Of a stretch of 64,000 nucleotides of DNA, positions 31,177 through 41,211 are shown one piece after another; the stretch's first letter is position 1; the number at the start of each line of letters is the position of its first letter. Both the position numbers and the translations under genes were made by a program. The notes beneath the pieces were generated by a model that ran no database searches, was not told the DNA's origin, and saw nothing but the letters and a program-made list of their open reading frames with translations. Source of the DNA: an uncultured delta proteobacterium (GTDB lineage: Bacteria; Desulfobacterota; Desulfobacteria; Desulfobacterales; QNYZ01); NCBI GenBank assembly GCA_963845145.1, contig CAWJQU010000001.1:64001-128000 (forward strand), read 5' to 3'.

Positions 31177-31746
31177 TCAGTGGCGCTCATTGTTTTCTTC
31201 AACAACAGGGGCCCCATCGGAGGCATTCCCTGATTCCGCGTTTTCATCCAAATGCTTCACCAGATGGCCCAATTCTGGAAAAATGAGGGCTTTGCAAGCC
31301 AGCTGGCAAGCCTTCAGACTACCGGGCATACAAAAAACCACAGCCCGGCCGCCGATTACCCCGGCCACAGCCCGACTCATAATCGCCGCCGAATCGATTT
31401 GATCATAACTGAGTTGGGCGAACAATGGTCCAAAAGCGGTCAACTCCTTTGTAAATAAAGGTACAACGGCCTCGATGGACACATCCTGGGGGGTGATACC
31501 CGTGCCACCGGTCACCAGTACCACTTGGGCGTTGTTTTCGTTTATGGCGGATAACACGGTTTCCTGGATGGTTTCCGCCACATCCGGCACAACCTGGTGA
31601 TAGACAACTTCATGCCCCTCTTTTTTGGCCCGTTTGCCCATCCACAGGCCGCTTTCATCCAGATCAAGCGGCCGTGTGGTTGACGCGGTGATAATGCCGA
31701 TACGTACTTTTTTCGGCGCCTTTTTTTTATGTCCTTTAACACCCAT
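31177..31746 (-). CDS. moaB: Molybdenum cofactor biosynthesis protein, MoaB/Mog family
   Basis: DESG, VPD, TGGTGITPQDV, SRAVAG, MPGS. Confidence 0.85.
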   Translation of the reverse strand: MGVKGHKKKAPKKVRIGIITASTTRPLDLDESGLWMGKRAKKEGHEVVYHQVVPDVAETIQETVLSAINENNAQVVLVTGGTGITPQDVSIEAVVPLFTKELTAFGPLFAQLSYDQIDSAAIMSRAVAGVIGGRAVVFCMPGSLKACQLACKALIFPELGHLVKHLDENAESGNASDGAPVVEENNERH

Positions 31747-31907
31747 GGGAATCTCCTAAATCATTCATTTTATACCCGGTCATGCTTGCATGCCTATCCT
31801 TATTTTTAGTATACTGTTAGTATACCGTCTCCCAACTATGACATGAAACCACAATGGAAGAAACCATTGATTTGTTCAACAACCGTGTATGACCACAAAG
31901 TGCATCG

Positions 31908-32513
31908 ATGATCCTCCCCATCCTTGGCGGATTCGGAACGCTTATAGGCTTGATACGTGCCTGGCCTCAACTGGCGAAGTTGCTACGTACCCGTAAAGCA
32001 TTCGGCGTATCCGTAGATTCAGCCGCCACGAGTGCCATTGTCAGCTTTGGGTGGGCATCTTATGGAATAATAACCCACCAGCCCTATGTCAGTTTAGCCA
32101 CCGGCTTATCCGGAACGATCTTTTTCCTTATCACCCTTTTTGCCTTACGATTTGGTCGTCGATACAAAGAGTTTAAGGTTGCCCCCATTTGGCTGGTGGT
32201 CTTATCTTTGGCCGGCATCATCTTCGGCAAAGATGGTCTCGGCATCATGTTGCCTATAAGCGTGCTTGCCGCAAATATCCCCCAACTTTGGGTGGCCCAC
32301 AAAGAAGCCAATCTGGCTGATTTGTCACTGGAAACATGGTTATTATCCATGGCGGATGGAATCGTGTGGGGTGCATACGCTCTGATTCAGGGGGATACAT
32401 CAATCATGGCCTTTGCCATTTTTCAATTGACGACCAGTGCCTTGATCGTCGCATTAAAGCAAAAGCATCAGAACAAAACCCTCTCAAATTCGGAAGAAAC
32501 CCTATCAGGATAA
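31908..32513 (+). CDS. PQ-loop / SWEET-like membrane protein
   Basis: Two PQ motifs (WPQL, IPQL) with G/DVS-type motifs and 6-7 TM helices. Confidence 0.65.
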   Translation: MILPILGGFGTLIGLIRAWPQLAKLLRTRKAFGVSVDSAATSAIVSFGWASYGIITHQPYVSLATGLSGTIFFLITLFALRFGRRYKEFKVAPIWLVVLSLAGIIFGKDGLGIMLPISVLAANIPQLWVAHKEANLADLSLETWLLSMADGIVWGAYALIQGDTSIMAFAIFQLTTSALIVALKQKHQNKTLSNSEETLSG

Positions 32514-32535
32514 TCATGCACTATGCGCAACGGGC

Positions 32536-33426
32536 TTAAATCTTTATGCGGCTGCTCACACAAGCTTGACACGAGCCAGACCGGACTCGAGCCGCGTCGG
32601 AAAGGGATAAAACGCCAACGATCCGGTCCGGGTCTCCACGCTTGACAAAGATTCGCTGGACTTCGGCAAAAATCATAACCTGAATCGCATCTTCCAGGTA
32701 GTCCTTTTCGTCACACGCCCTGACCGGGGTAGTCATGATGCGGCCGGCCGTCGCATCGGAAGGAATTTGGTGCTTGTAAGCCAGGATCAGGTCGGTTTTC
32801 GAAACAACCCCTACGGACGTCTTGATACCATTTTCAATCAAGACCGCGCCGAAACGATATGCGGATAATTGCTCCATCACTTGCGCCAATGAATCCTCCT
32901 CAGCCAGGGCAACGACATCAGCGGTCATAATGTCTTTCACTTTAAGGCGAACCACGGATGTGTTCTCACCTTCCTCCCTTCCGCGGCTTTGAAGGCTACG
33001 GTTGCAGGTGTGGCAATATCGATATAGCAGTCCTACCATGTCCGGATATGCTAGCGCACCCACCACGTCATCACTATCGATCTCCTTGACATAGAGCCGG
33101 TATACGCCTTGGCTTCTCATCTCTTCAAGGGCAGCCTCTAACGAGTCATTCATCTTGCAAAATAAAGGCGGTGAAACCATGATATTTAAAAGTGGCGACT
33201 CAATCGGTAAATCGGCATAATAGGCGCCCATGATATCGGTCTTGGATACCACACCGGCTGGCCGACCGGTCTCATCCAAAGTCATTAAGGCGTTGGCCTT
33301 ATATTTAATCAGGTGGTTAATACTATGATCAATTGAGGCGGATTGGGGCAGCCGAATCATTTGGCGGCGCATGGCATCTTTTACGGTTAACCCCGTCAAT
33401 ACGGATTTGGTAACGATGACGGTCAT
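32536..33426 (-). CDS. Protein with four CBS domains and two CxxC motifs
   Basis: Repeated GVVSKTD, VKDAM/VKDIMT; CHTC and CQAC. Confidence 0.85.
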   Translation of the reverse strand: MTVIVTKSVLTGLTVKDAMRRQMIRLPQSASIDHSINHLIKYKANALMTLDETGRPAGVVSKTDIMGAYYADLPIESPLLNIMVSPPLFCKMNDSLEAALEEMRSQGVYRLYVKEIDSDDVVGALAYPDMVGLLYRYCHTCNRSLQSRGREEGENTSVVRLKVKDIMTADVVALAEEDSLAQVMEQLSAYRFGAVLIENGIKTSVGVVSKTDLILAYKHQIPSDATAGRIMTTPVRACDEKDYLEDAIQVMIFAEVQRIFVKRGDPDRIVGVLSLSDAARVRSGSCQACVSSRIKI

Positions 33427-33436
33427 GACGTATTCC

Positions 33437-33907
33437 TCAAGTGGCCAATCGGTCTAGTAGTCGATAAAACAGATCGGAAATGTACACGATTCCCAAAATT
33501 TTTTTATTATCCAATACGGGTATTCGACGCACATGCTTTTGAATCATCAGGTCTAGTAACATCATCAAATGGGTATCGGGCGTCACTGAGATAATATCAG
33601 TGGTCATAATATCGCCCACCAGAACAGACTGTGTCCGCTGGCCGACGCTTTCCACCAGTCCAGAGATGTCAATATCCTCCATCGTACCCCAGACATGAAT
33701 GTGCTTTGGGCGAACAAAAAGTAGAATGTCATACATGGAGAGCATACCGATCAAACAATTTTCATCATCGGTCACCATCATGCCAAACACTTTGCGGTCG
33801 TCTTCTTTGGAGGTGTCACGGAAGGCTTTAACAGCGGCCGCCACGGTCAAATCGGGTGTCAGCGTATGAAAGCGGGTAGTCATCACGTCCCGAGCGGATA
33901 ATGACAT
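33437..33907 (-). CDS. CBS-pair domain protein
   Basis: ARDVMTT, VGDIMTT, VRRIPV..GIV...D. Confidence 0.85.
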   Translation of the reverse strand: MSLSARDVMTTRFHTLTPDLTVAAAVKAFRDTSKEDDRKVFGMMVTDDENCLIGMLSMYDILLFVRPKHIHVWGTMEDIDISGLVESVGQRTQSVLVGDIMTTDIISVTPDTHLMMLLDLMIQKHVRRIPVLDNKKILGIVYISDLFYRLLDRLAT

Positions 33908-34074
33908 TTTATTCATCCTTAACAAGGGAAAGACAATGTAGCGTCTCAACATTCACGTTTAAAAAGCATATTACATTCTAGAAAGGTACTTTTCAAGGGA
34001 TGCTTTTTTCCGGATAATTCCATACCCCTGGAAAGCGGGTATAGCTTTTAACCATAGATGGAAGAATGGCCGAT

Positions 34075-34548
34075 TTAGTTTTTCCCTAAATAGGCCCCTT
34101 CATATTCTAATGTGGTAAGCGGCAATTGATCATTTAACGCTCTGGCATCAATAATCTTGCCAAAAAACAACGTGTGGTTGCCCGGCTTAAGTCTCTCTTC
34201 TACAACACAATCGATGTACCCGACACAATTATTAAGAATGGGGCAGCCTGTTTTTCCTGGCTCCCATCGGATGCCGGTGAATTTTGCATCTGTTTCGGTA
34301 GTTTTAAAACGCGCCAAATAGTTTTTTTGCTGCACGTCCAAAATATTTAAAGCAAACGCACCGCTTTTTTCAATGAGTGTATGCGAATAACGATTGGGGT
34401 GGACGGCAACCATGACTAGAGGCGGATCATAAGAGACTATGGAAACCCAGGAAGCAATCATCCCGTTGATTTTGGTCTCATGAGCCGTGGTCAGAACATA
34501 GATACCAAATGTCATTTTACCGATGGCTTGTATCCAGCTGTTTTCCAT
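34075..34548 (-). CDS. Flavin reductase-like (flavoredoxin) protein
   Basis: GIYVLTT, NGMIASWV..VSYDPP, GNHTLF. Confidence 0.88.
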   Translation of the reverse strand: MENSWIQAIGKMTFGIYVLTTAHETKINGMIASWVSIVSYDPPLVMVAVHPNRYSHTLIEKSGAFALNILDVQQKNYLARFKTTETDAKFTGIRWEPGKTGCPILNNCVGYIDCVVEERLKPGNHTLFFGKIIDARALNDQLPLTTLEYEGAYLGKN

Positions 34549-34617
34549 GCTCCCCCTATCATTTATCAAATGAGTTCCTACACTTCTTGTAAAACCTATA
34601 AAGATATCTTTTATTAT

Positions 34618-34778
34618 ACCTAAGTTGAGCGATTTTTTGCGAAGCTATGTGCCAAGATATTGAGATGATAAGGTTTTCAAAAACCGGAGGCATACCCGTT
34701 GGATATGGCGAGTATTTTTGAAAGCCTTAGCGCTCAATAGATTGGTGCAGAGCGAGTAAAAAACCACTCAATTTAGGT
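34618..34778. repeat. Long imperfect palindromic element (MITE-like)
   Basis: acctaagttgagcgatttttt / aaaaaaccactcaatttaggt termini; inner pairing taaggttttcaaaaa / tttttgaaagcctta. Confidence 0.75.
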
Positions 34779-34782
34779 TATA

Positions 34783-35887
34783 TTATGGCTCTCTGTCAAG
34801 AATGCAGACATTACCCTCTCGGGTTCGGCACTTATTGCATGCGACACAGCGCGGTTTTGATAGATCGCCACGGTGCCAACGATTGATGAGGTCCGGCTCG
34901 GAGAGTAGCGTTCGTGACATGGAGAGATAATTGATGGATGTCGATATTTAAAATCTCTTCCATTTTTTCAGGGTTTCGGTGCCCGCCTACAGATATAACG
35001 GGAACGCTGAGATGCTTCGCAATCCTGGCGGTTTTTTTGATAAAATAGGACTGGTTTTCCAATTTTAAAACCCCGTCTCGAATGGGGCCGGAATTCGGAT
35101 AGTTCTTTACATCCAGATTTCCACCGCTGAACTCGATTCCGGATATGTTTCTTTTTTCAAGCTCCAGGGCCACATATAGGCTTTCGGCTTCAGTCAGGCC
35201 ATTATCGCCCCAGTCGTCAGAACAATGCATTTTAATAAATACCGGGTAGTCGGGCCCTACTTCATTTCGTACAGCTTCCAGGGTTTCAAAGATAATTCGT
35301 GCTCTGTTCTCAATACCCCCACCATATTCGTCCTGCCTTTGGTTGTAATAAGGGGCAAGAAACTGACTGAGGAGATAAGTATGCGCGCCATGAAGCTGCA
35401 CACCGTTAAACCCGGCCGCTTGGACCCGACGGGCGGCATCGGCATGGGCTGACACCACGGTTTTAATGTCTTCTTTGGTCATTTCGGTCGGCACCACCCC
35501 GAAGAGTGGATGAGGAACAGCAGATGGGCCCCATATGATTCTGTTCCCCGTCTGATATGTGGTTGCAGAACCGCCATAAACAATCTGCATGATGACGTTG
35601 GCGCCTTCCGCTTTGATCTTTTCATTCATCGCGCGGTATTCGGCAATAAACGAATCATCATAAATACCCATCATACCGGCGTTGGGTTGTTCGGCTTCAA
35701 GAACAAAAGCGTACCCGGTGATGATAGTTCCCACCCCGCCCCGGGCCAAATTAACATAGACCTGCTCCAGACGGTTGGTCAGGTGGCCTTTCGCATCAGC
35801 CATATTCATCCAGGTGGCTGACCGCCAAACCCTATTTTTCAAGGTCATGAGGCCGATCTGTGTCTTATCAAACAGTTTTTTCATCAT
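34783..35887 (-). CDS. NADH:flavin oxidoreductase (Old Yellow Enzyme family), +1 frameshift near 34946
   Basis: NRVWRSAT, QLHGAHTYLLSQFLAP, NQRQDEYGG; shifted frame continues SMSRTLLSEPDLINRW...CVACNKC to a stop at 34783. Confidence 0.88.
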
Positions 35888-35921
35888 TTTTACCTTTTAA
35901 AAATGAAATGATACTTTTGAA

Positions 35922-36275
35922 TTACCCTGCCCGCGATCCATTTGGCACTGGGGCCTCAGGAATGGCCAAAACCGGTGTAATCCCATCCTCATAACCGATG
36001 TCAAAAAGCATGCCTTCAGAAACCAATCCCGCCATCTTGCGCGGCGCCAGGTTGACGACAAACAGCGCCTGTCGCCCTTCAATCTCGGATGGGGTTTGAC
36101 GCTCCTGTTTTAGACCGGCCAATATTGTTCGGACATGATCCCCCAGATCGACGGTGAGTTGGACGAGTTTCTTCGATTCGGGGATATCATCCACGGATGT
36201 GATCGTACCCACGCGAATATCTAACTTTTCGACATCGCTAATCGCAATCGTAGATTTGATGGGTGCAGGTTTCAT
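35922..36275 (-). CDS. tRNA-binding protein (CsaA/Trbp111 family)
   Basis: KLDIRVGTI, VNLAPRKMAGLVSEGM. Confidence 0.9.
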   Translation of the reverse strand: MKPAPIKSTIAISDVEKLDIRVGTITSVDDIPESKKLVQLTVDLGDHVRTILAGLKQERQTPSEIEGRQALFVVNLAPRKMAGLVSEGMLFDIGYEDGITPVLAIPEAPVPNGSRAG

Positions 36276-36409
36276 AGCCTCTCCTGATTATAAGTTAGTA
36301 TGATGAAAAGATGTCCTAGAAAGCCGAATCAGCGGACACATACAATTGCCCCTGAAGTTAATGCTCGTTATTCTTATACCGCCCAGTACGGGACTGATAT
36401 CTTTTTCAT

Positions 36410-36832
36410 CTATTCTGCAGAATTAAAGGGCCAATGTTTATATATTTCCAATCGTTGTTTAAGTGTTCCCGTATGCAACTCAAAAAGATTGTTATCAAAA
36501 TCATAAAAATATACGGATTCGCCCTCCCCATCAACCCTTGATCGCGGTGCTTTTATTTCAACACCAAGTGTCACCAGTCTATTTTTAAAATGTGGCAACA
36601 AATGTCCCTCGACTTTAAACGCCACGTGCTGATAGGATCTGGATGTGGATGTTCCCTCCATGGCTACCAGCCAAACATTACCCAGTAAGAAAAATTTTTC
36701 GTGAGAAACAGAAAAGGCCTTTACTTTACTATCATAAACCTCTTTTGCGCCAAGACCATCGCAGAACAGACGGCTCGTCCGATCAAGATCTTTTACAATA
36801 AATGTAATATGACTCAATCCCTGAATTTCCAT
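36410..36832 (-). CDS. fosX: FosX-family fosfomycin resistance hydrolase (VOC fold)
   Basis: GLSHITFIV, EVYDS, EKFF, YQHVAF, GEGESVYFYDFDNNLFELHTGTL. Confidence 0.82.
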   Translation of the reverse strand: MEIQGLSHITFIVKDLDRTSRLFCDGLGAKEVYDSKVKAFSVSHEKFFLLGNVWLVAMEGTSTSRSYQHVAFKVEGHLLPHFKNRLVTLGVEIKAPRSRVDGEGESVYFYDFDNNLFELHTGTLKQRLEIYKHWPFNSAE

Positions 36833-36927
36833 ATCTCTCCATCATATCTACCCAATGGTATCTTATCTGCATAAAACCCGGTACATCGCTTTTTCCTCAG
36901 TAAGTAGTGCATTTGAAAACGTATTTT

Positions 36928-37425
36928 TCAACCGGACCTTATTATTAAGCAGGTGCTCACGCCATGTGCATACAAGGTGCCCTTTTCGCCTTTAAGTTTT
37001 CCTTCGGCGGTTGCCAGACGTTTCCCGAGATGTATTATCCGCCCCATACATTTAAGCAGACCTGTTTCAACGGTTATCGGTCGAACAAAATTGACTTTTA
37101 TTTCAGCCGTTGAACAACTCACCCCTTTTTCAAGAGCAGATAACACCGCCGCGGTCATCGTCGTATCGAGTATGGTTGAGATCATCCCACCGTGAACCGA
37201 AAAAAAAGGATTATAATGATACTCTTTAGGGTCGAATGTGTATACGGTAGCCCCTTTACTAACTTCAACCAATTCATATCCCACGAGCTTTGCAATCGGG
37301 GGAGGGCTGATATGGCCATCTTTTATTGACTTTAGGTAGTCCAATCCAGAAATAGATTCAGCATTCCGGGCACTCTTTTGTGGATCTTCCCACTCGATTA
37401 TCCGCTTTCTGTCAGATTTCGCCAT
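36928..37425 (-). CDS. PaaI-family thioesterase
   Basis: YNP..VHGG...LD hotdog motif. Confidence 0.88.
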   Translation of the reverse strand: MAKSDRKRIIEWEDPQKSARNAESISGLDYLKSIKDGHISPPPIAKLVGYELVEVSKGATVYTFDPKEYHYNPFFSVHGGMISTILDTTMTAAVLSALEKGVSCSTAEIKVNFVRPITVETGLLKCMGRIIHLGKRLATAEGKLKGEKGTLYAHGVSTCLIIRSG

Positions 37426-37475
37426 AGGGTTCCTTCTATCGTGTTAATATACGTGCCATCATTGTCACATCGATT

Positions 37476-37932
37476 TTAGGCCTCGAAAACGATACTAGAG
37501 CAGGTAACGCCTGCTTCGGCTTTGGCAAGTTCGGATAGATCGACCACTTTTGTTTTAATATTGGCACGATGCAACCGTTCTCGCGTACGCTCGTATATCG
37601 CCGGGTAGATCAGCGTGTCACCAATGGGCAACGCACCGGCCGCACGGGGTTCTTCAGGATCAACATCGATTAAATTCATACCGCTAAAATGGGCGGGATC
37701 TACCCATCGGCGATTGATTAGCAGGGTGTCCGGCGCAACACGGCCCACCCCGGACTTCAGATGAAGACATTCGCTTATGGGTACGCCAACCACCAAATAT
37801 CCCAGGGGAGTTAGCATTTCAGCGACCATGCTGCTCCCGGGCGAGGTCGAGATTTATGGCCTCACGCTTAAAGTGAGTGAGTTCACATTGTCCGATACTA
37901 GGGCTCACGCCCCTGGTGATAGCAACCCGCAT
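37476..37932 (-). pseudogene. Dimethylarginine dimethylaminohydrolase (DDAH)-like pseudogene with an internal deletion
   Basis: N-terminus MRVAITRGVSPSIGQCELTH...AREQH joined out of frame to C-terminus CLHLKSG...SELAKAEAGVTCSS; the middle of the family sequence is missing. Confidence 0.78.
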
Positions 37933-38003
37933 GATGGTTCACACCTTTCCTTTAATGGCTTGTACCCAACGGTTAACTGAAAAAAGCCTGATCGAAAAAA
38001 TTT

Positions 38004-38501
38004 TCAACTTTCATAGATAACCGATATATCCTCCCACTCGATTTTCACAGACAACACTTCATGACCAAATATCATCTTGATGGCTTCTTCCTTACGAACA
38101 CCGCCAAGTTTTTCATAAAAGCGAATCGCCTTTTTATTGCTTAAAAATACCCAGAGATACGCCGTCTTTTTTCCAAGCTTAAATAAAATCTGTGCCACCG
38201 CCTCCATCATGGCAAAACCGATCTTTTGACCTCGGTGAGAGGGTTTTACATGAAGGTTGTCAATAAATGGATCGGGCCGGCACCATACGGCGATAAAACC
38301 GATTATTTCCTTATTTTCTGCGACCAGGACAACATCATCATTCGAAATCTTAAGTTCGCACCAATGGCGATGAATATCGGCTGCCGCCTGATTAAAAAAA
38401 TAATCCTTCGGCAGTACGCCGGCATACGTATCCTTCCAACTTTCCAGCTGAAGATCCGCAATCGGCTTTAAATCTTGAGCTTGAGCGCGCCTGATGATCA
38501 T
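38004..38501 (-). CDS. GNAT N-acetyltransferase
   Basis: LHVKPSHRGQKIG, N.KAIRFYEKLG. Confidence 0.9.
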   Translation of the reverse strand: MIIRRAQAQDLKPIADLQLESWKDTYAGVLPKDYFFNQAAADIHRHWCELKISNDDVVLVAENKEIIGFIAVWCRPDPFIDNLHVKPSHRGQKIGFAMMEAVAQILFKLGKKTAYLWVFLSNKKAIRFYEKLGGVRKEEAIKMIFGHEVLSVKIEWEDISVIYES

Positions 38502-39079
38502 ACGGTAACCTTTTCTAAAATAAATGCATCAAAATGAACCCCCTCTATCTTGCGAGAAGTCAAATTGAGGCCACGAATATAGCCATTCGGATCAGCGGCG
38601 TCCGGATGCGACGCATCACTCTCCCTGATCAGCTCAACCGCCTTTTCATTCGGTTCGAAAAAGCAAACCGTTGCATTATTTTTAGAGGTTCGGATAAATT
38701 CCTGCAACACAGTTCGACGCTGGTTCTCCTCAACGTGGTGAAAAGTACCCAGGGAGAAAATGGCATCAAAAAAATCATCGGCGTAAGGCAAGTCGGCGGC
38801 ATTAAACGGTTTAAATTCAATTAAATGGTCAACACCCACCTTTTTGGCATTCTCGTGCCAATCTTGATTGGCATAAATCGACACATCGTCACTGGGTTCA
38901 CCCGTTAAAACGTGATATCCATTTAATGCAAGTGTGATCGCCAAGGCACCGAATCCCGTTCCAACATCCAAAACCTTTCCATTTTTGGGTACCTTCAATT
39001 CCTGAATGACTTTGTGTGTATCCACAGTGGTAAAGCGATATTTTTTGCCCAATATTTCCATGGCGCGTTCGACATTCAT
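38498..39079 (-). CDS. Class I SAM-dependent methyltransferase
   Basis: VLDVGTGFG, LPYADDFFD. Confidence 0.9.
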   Translation of the reverse strand: MNVERAMEILGKKYRFTTVDTHKVIQELKVPKNGKVLDVGTGFGALAITLALNGYHVLTGEPSDDVSIYANQDWHENAKKVGVDHLIEFKPFNAADLPYADDFFDAIFSLGTFHHVEENQRRTVLQEFIRTSKNNATVCFFEPNEKAVELIRESDASHPDAADPNGYIRGLNLTSRKIEGVHFDAFILEKVTV

Positions 39080-39157
39080 TTTTTAACCTCCTCCTAATCT
39101 TTTCAGCCCATTAAAGAATGGATTATTCAGGTAATGGTTCATTTCATCCCCGCCTCT

Positions 39158-39919
39158 TTATTGTTTTGGTAATTTAAAAGTTAGGTTGTAGGGATCATTT
39201 ATCATGGCTTTGTTCACCTCTGGGGCGTATTTTCTGATTATCCTTTTGATGTCCTCTCGCTTTGAAAACGGTAAAGAGTTAATCCATGCATCAATATTAA
39301 TGTGCATTCTTTTCTCTGTTTTATCAGTATAGGCCGTATGCTGAAGAAACGTCCCCATATTTCGATCACCAGCAACTTTGTAAACATCTTTCATCATGAA
39401 ATAGGTACTGCCATAAATCGGGTCCTTGCCATTTTGAAGGTGCTTAAGCCAGCCGCTCCAATCTTTTCCTTCTTTTTTAAGGAGTTTTTCAGCAAAAACC
39501 ATATTTAGCCCTTCGATATAGGAATCAAATAATTGAGCGTTTAGAATATGTGCTATTTCATGTGCCAATTGGCCATAGAAGGCATATTCGCTCGGCTTTC
39601 TGGAAAGATAAATGGTGAATAATCCGTTTTTACTATCGGTAAGATCACATCGCTGAAAATGTTTGGGAAGGTTTACGTCGCTTTCAATCGGTATTGTTAG
39701 GCGCAATTGTATTTTTTTGGGTTGTACCGCTGGTTTACCGTACAATGATTCAGCATAGGACAATCCTTTGGAAACAAACCGATCAATTTCTTCTTTTTCA
39801 ATCTTCGGGTAAAATATAGGCAGATCCCTAATGCTTGGCTTCTCGCAGTGGCCTATGTGTGGGAAGTAAACAAGAAATAAAAATAGAACAATGGCAAAGT
39901 GGTTCCGAAAAACAACTAT
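39158..39919 (-). CDS. Putative exported zinc metallopeptidase-like protein (start uncertain)
   Basis: Signal-peptide-like N-terminus, HEIAH plus downstream EG; AAGGAG is followed by in-frame ATA rather than ATG. Confidence 0.55.
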   Translation of the reverse strand: MVVFRNHFAIVLFLFLVYFPHIGHCEKPSIRDLPIFYPKIEKEEIDRFVSKGLSYAESLYGKPAVQPKKIQLRLTIPIESDVNLPKHFQRCDLTDSKNGLFTIYLSRKPSEYAFYGQLAHEIAHILNAQLFDSYIEGLNMVFAEKLLKKEGKDWSGWLKHLQNGKDPIYGSTYFMMKDVYKVAGDRNMGTFLQHTAYTDKTEKRMHINIDAWINSLPFSKREDIKRIIRKYAPEVNKAMINDPYNLTFKLPKQ

Positions 39920-40005
39920 TGTTTTAACTCCTTTTTTAGAACGACATTCGTGATTCAAATTAAGACTTACACGTGTCCAACTAGTTAATATACATTCCGA
40001 AAAGG

Positions 40006-40659
40006 TTAAACAGCGTATCTCCACACCGCGATAAAATGACATGTAGTACCCGCGATGACGAACAGGTGCCAAACAAAGTGGGCATACCGCATCCGCTTGG
40101 CTGCATAGAACCCTACCCCTATTGTATAGCCTGCTCCACCTGCAACTAACCAAAACAAGCCCCACGCCGGTATATTCAGCCATAACGGCTTCACGGCAAC
40201 AATGATTAGCCAACCCATGAGCAGATACAAAAACATTGAGAGCTTTTTATACGTTCCGGCGCCAATGGTATTGAGGAAGACACCGACAACAGCTAATCCC
40301 CAAACGATACCAAACAGAATCCAACCCCAGGCACCTCTAAGCACCCCAAGCGTGAACGGCGTATACGTGCCCGCGATAAGCAGGAATATCGCCCCGTGGT
40401 CAAGAATTCGGAAAATCCGTTTGGCCTTATTTCGAGCCAAAGCGTGGTAAAGTGTGGATGTGAGGTACATCAGCACTACCGTGAACGCAAAGGTGCTTGC
40501 GCCCACAATTGCAGCTGAGTTGTCATGTTGGGCTGCAGAAAGTACAAGGATCGGGGAGGCGATGAGTGCCACGAGGAAGGCTACGCCGTGGCTAACACTG
40601 TTCGCGATTTCTTCCCCGAGAGACTGCCCACGTTCTTGTATTGGGAGCGAGTTGGCCAT
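40006..40659 (-). CDS. Hemolysin III / PAQR family membrane protein
   Basis: EEIANSVSHG, STLYH, DHGAIFLLIAGTYTP, HFVWHLFV. Confidence 0.93.
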   Translation of the reverse strand: MANSLPIQERGQSLGEEIANSVSHGVAFLVALIASPILVLSAAQHDNSAAIVGASTFAFTVVLMYLTSTLYHALARNKAKRIFRILDHGAIFLLIAGTYTPFTLGVLRGAWGWILFGIVWGLAVVGVFLNTIGAGTYKKLSMFLYLLMGWLIIVAVKPLWLNIPAWGLFWLVAGGAGYTIGVGFYAAKRMRYAHFVWHLFVIAGTTCHFIAVWRYAV

Positions 40660-40819
40660 GGGAAAAAATCCTCTATGGTCTACCACCATCTCTATCTACC
40701 AGACGAAGAGCCCGATAGAGGGAGAAAGGACGACATATAATGGCATACAAAACCATTTTAAAAAAACGTGAGGATAGCTGACTTCTATTCGATTATTCGG
40801 GGGTACCCCTAATAGGGGT

Positions 40820-40852
40820 GTCAGGCCTGCAAAATTCATTTGCAGGCCTGAC
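40820..40852 (-). terminator. Strong hairpin downstream of the SWIB gene (terminator or stabiliser)
   Basis: gtcaggcctgcaaa-loop-tttgcaggcctgac perfect 14-bp stem; no clear U-tract. Confidence 0.55.
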
Positions 40853-40860
40853 GTATCACC

Positions 40861-41187
40861 CTACTCTATGTTTGCGCTGACAACAGCAGCCAGTTGCATC
40901 ATGTTGATCGTCTGGCCCTCTTTCAGTTTTGTAAAGTCTGTGACCTTGCCTGATTTACTTTTGGATTTTGTGTTTTTGAAAATCGAGAGCAGTTTAACAT
41001 CCGCCACAATGAACTTGCCCGCGTTCTCAGGCTTTCCATTTTCAGTCTTTGTCTGCAGTTTATTAGCTTTAATATAGTCCCATAGTTTCTTGGTAATCTC
41101 TGTCCTGGGAAGCTCTGTCTCTCCCAGGATCCCTGCCAGGTCTTTTTTCAGTTTTACCGGTTTGCTCAGTCCTTTTGCTTCCGCCAC
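40861..41187 (-). CDS. SWIB/MDM2 domain protein
   Basis: LPRTEITKKLWDYIKANKLQ...INMMQLA. Confidence 0.82.
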   Translation of the reverse strand: MAEAKGLSKPVKLKKDLAGILGETELPRTEITKKLWDYIKANKLQTKTENGKPENAGKFIVADVKLLSIFKNTKSKSKSGKVTDFTKLKEGQTINMMQLAAVVSANIE

Positions 41188-41211
41188 TTTTAACTCCTTC
41201 TGGTTTGGTTT

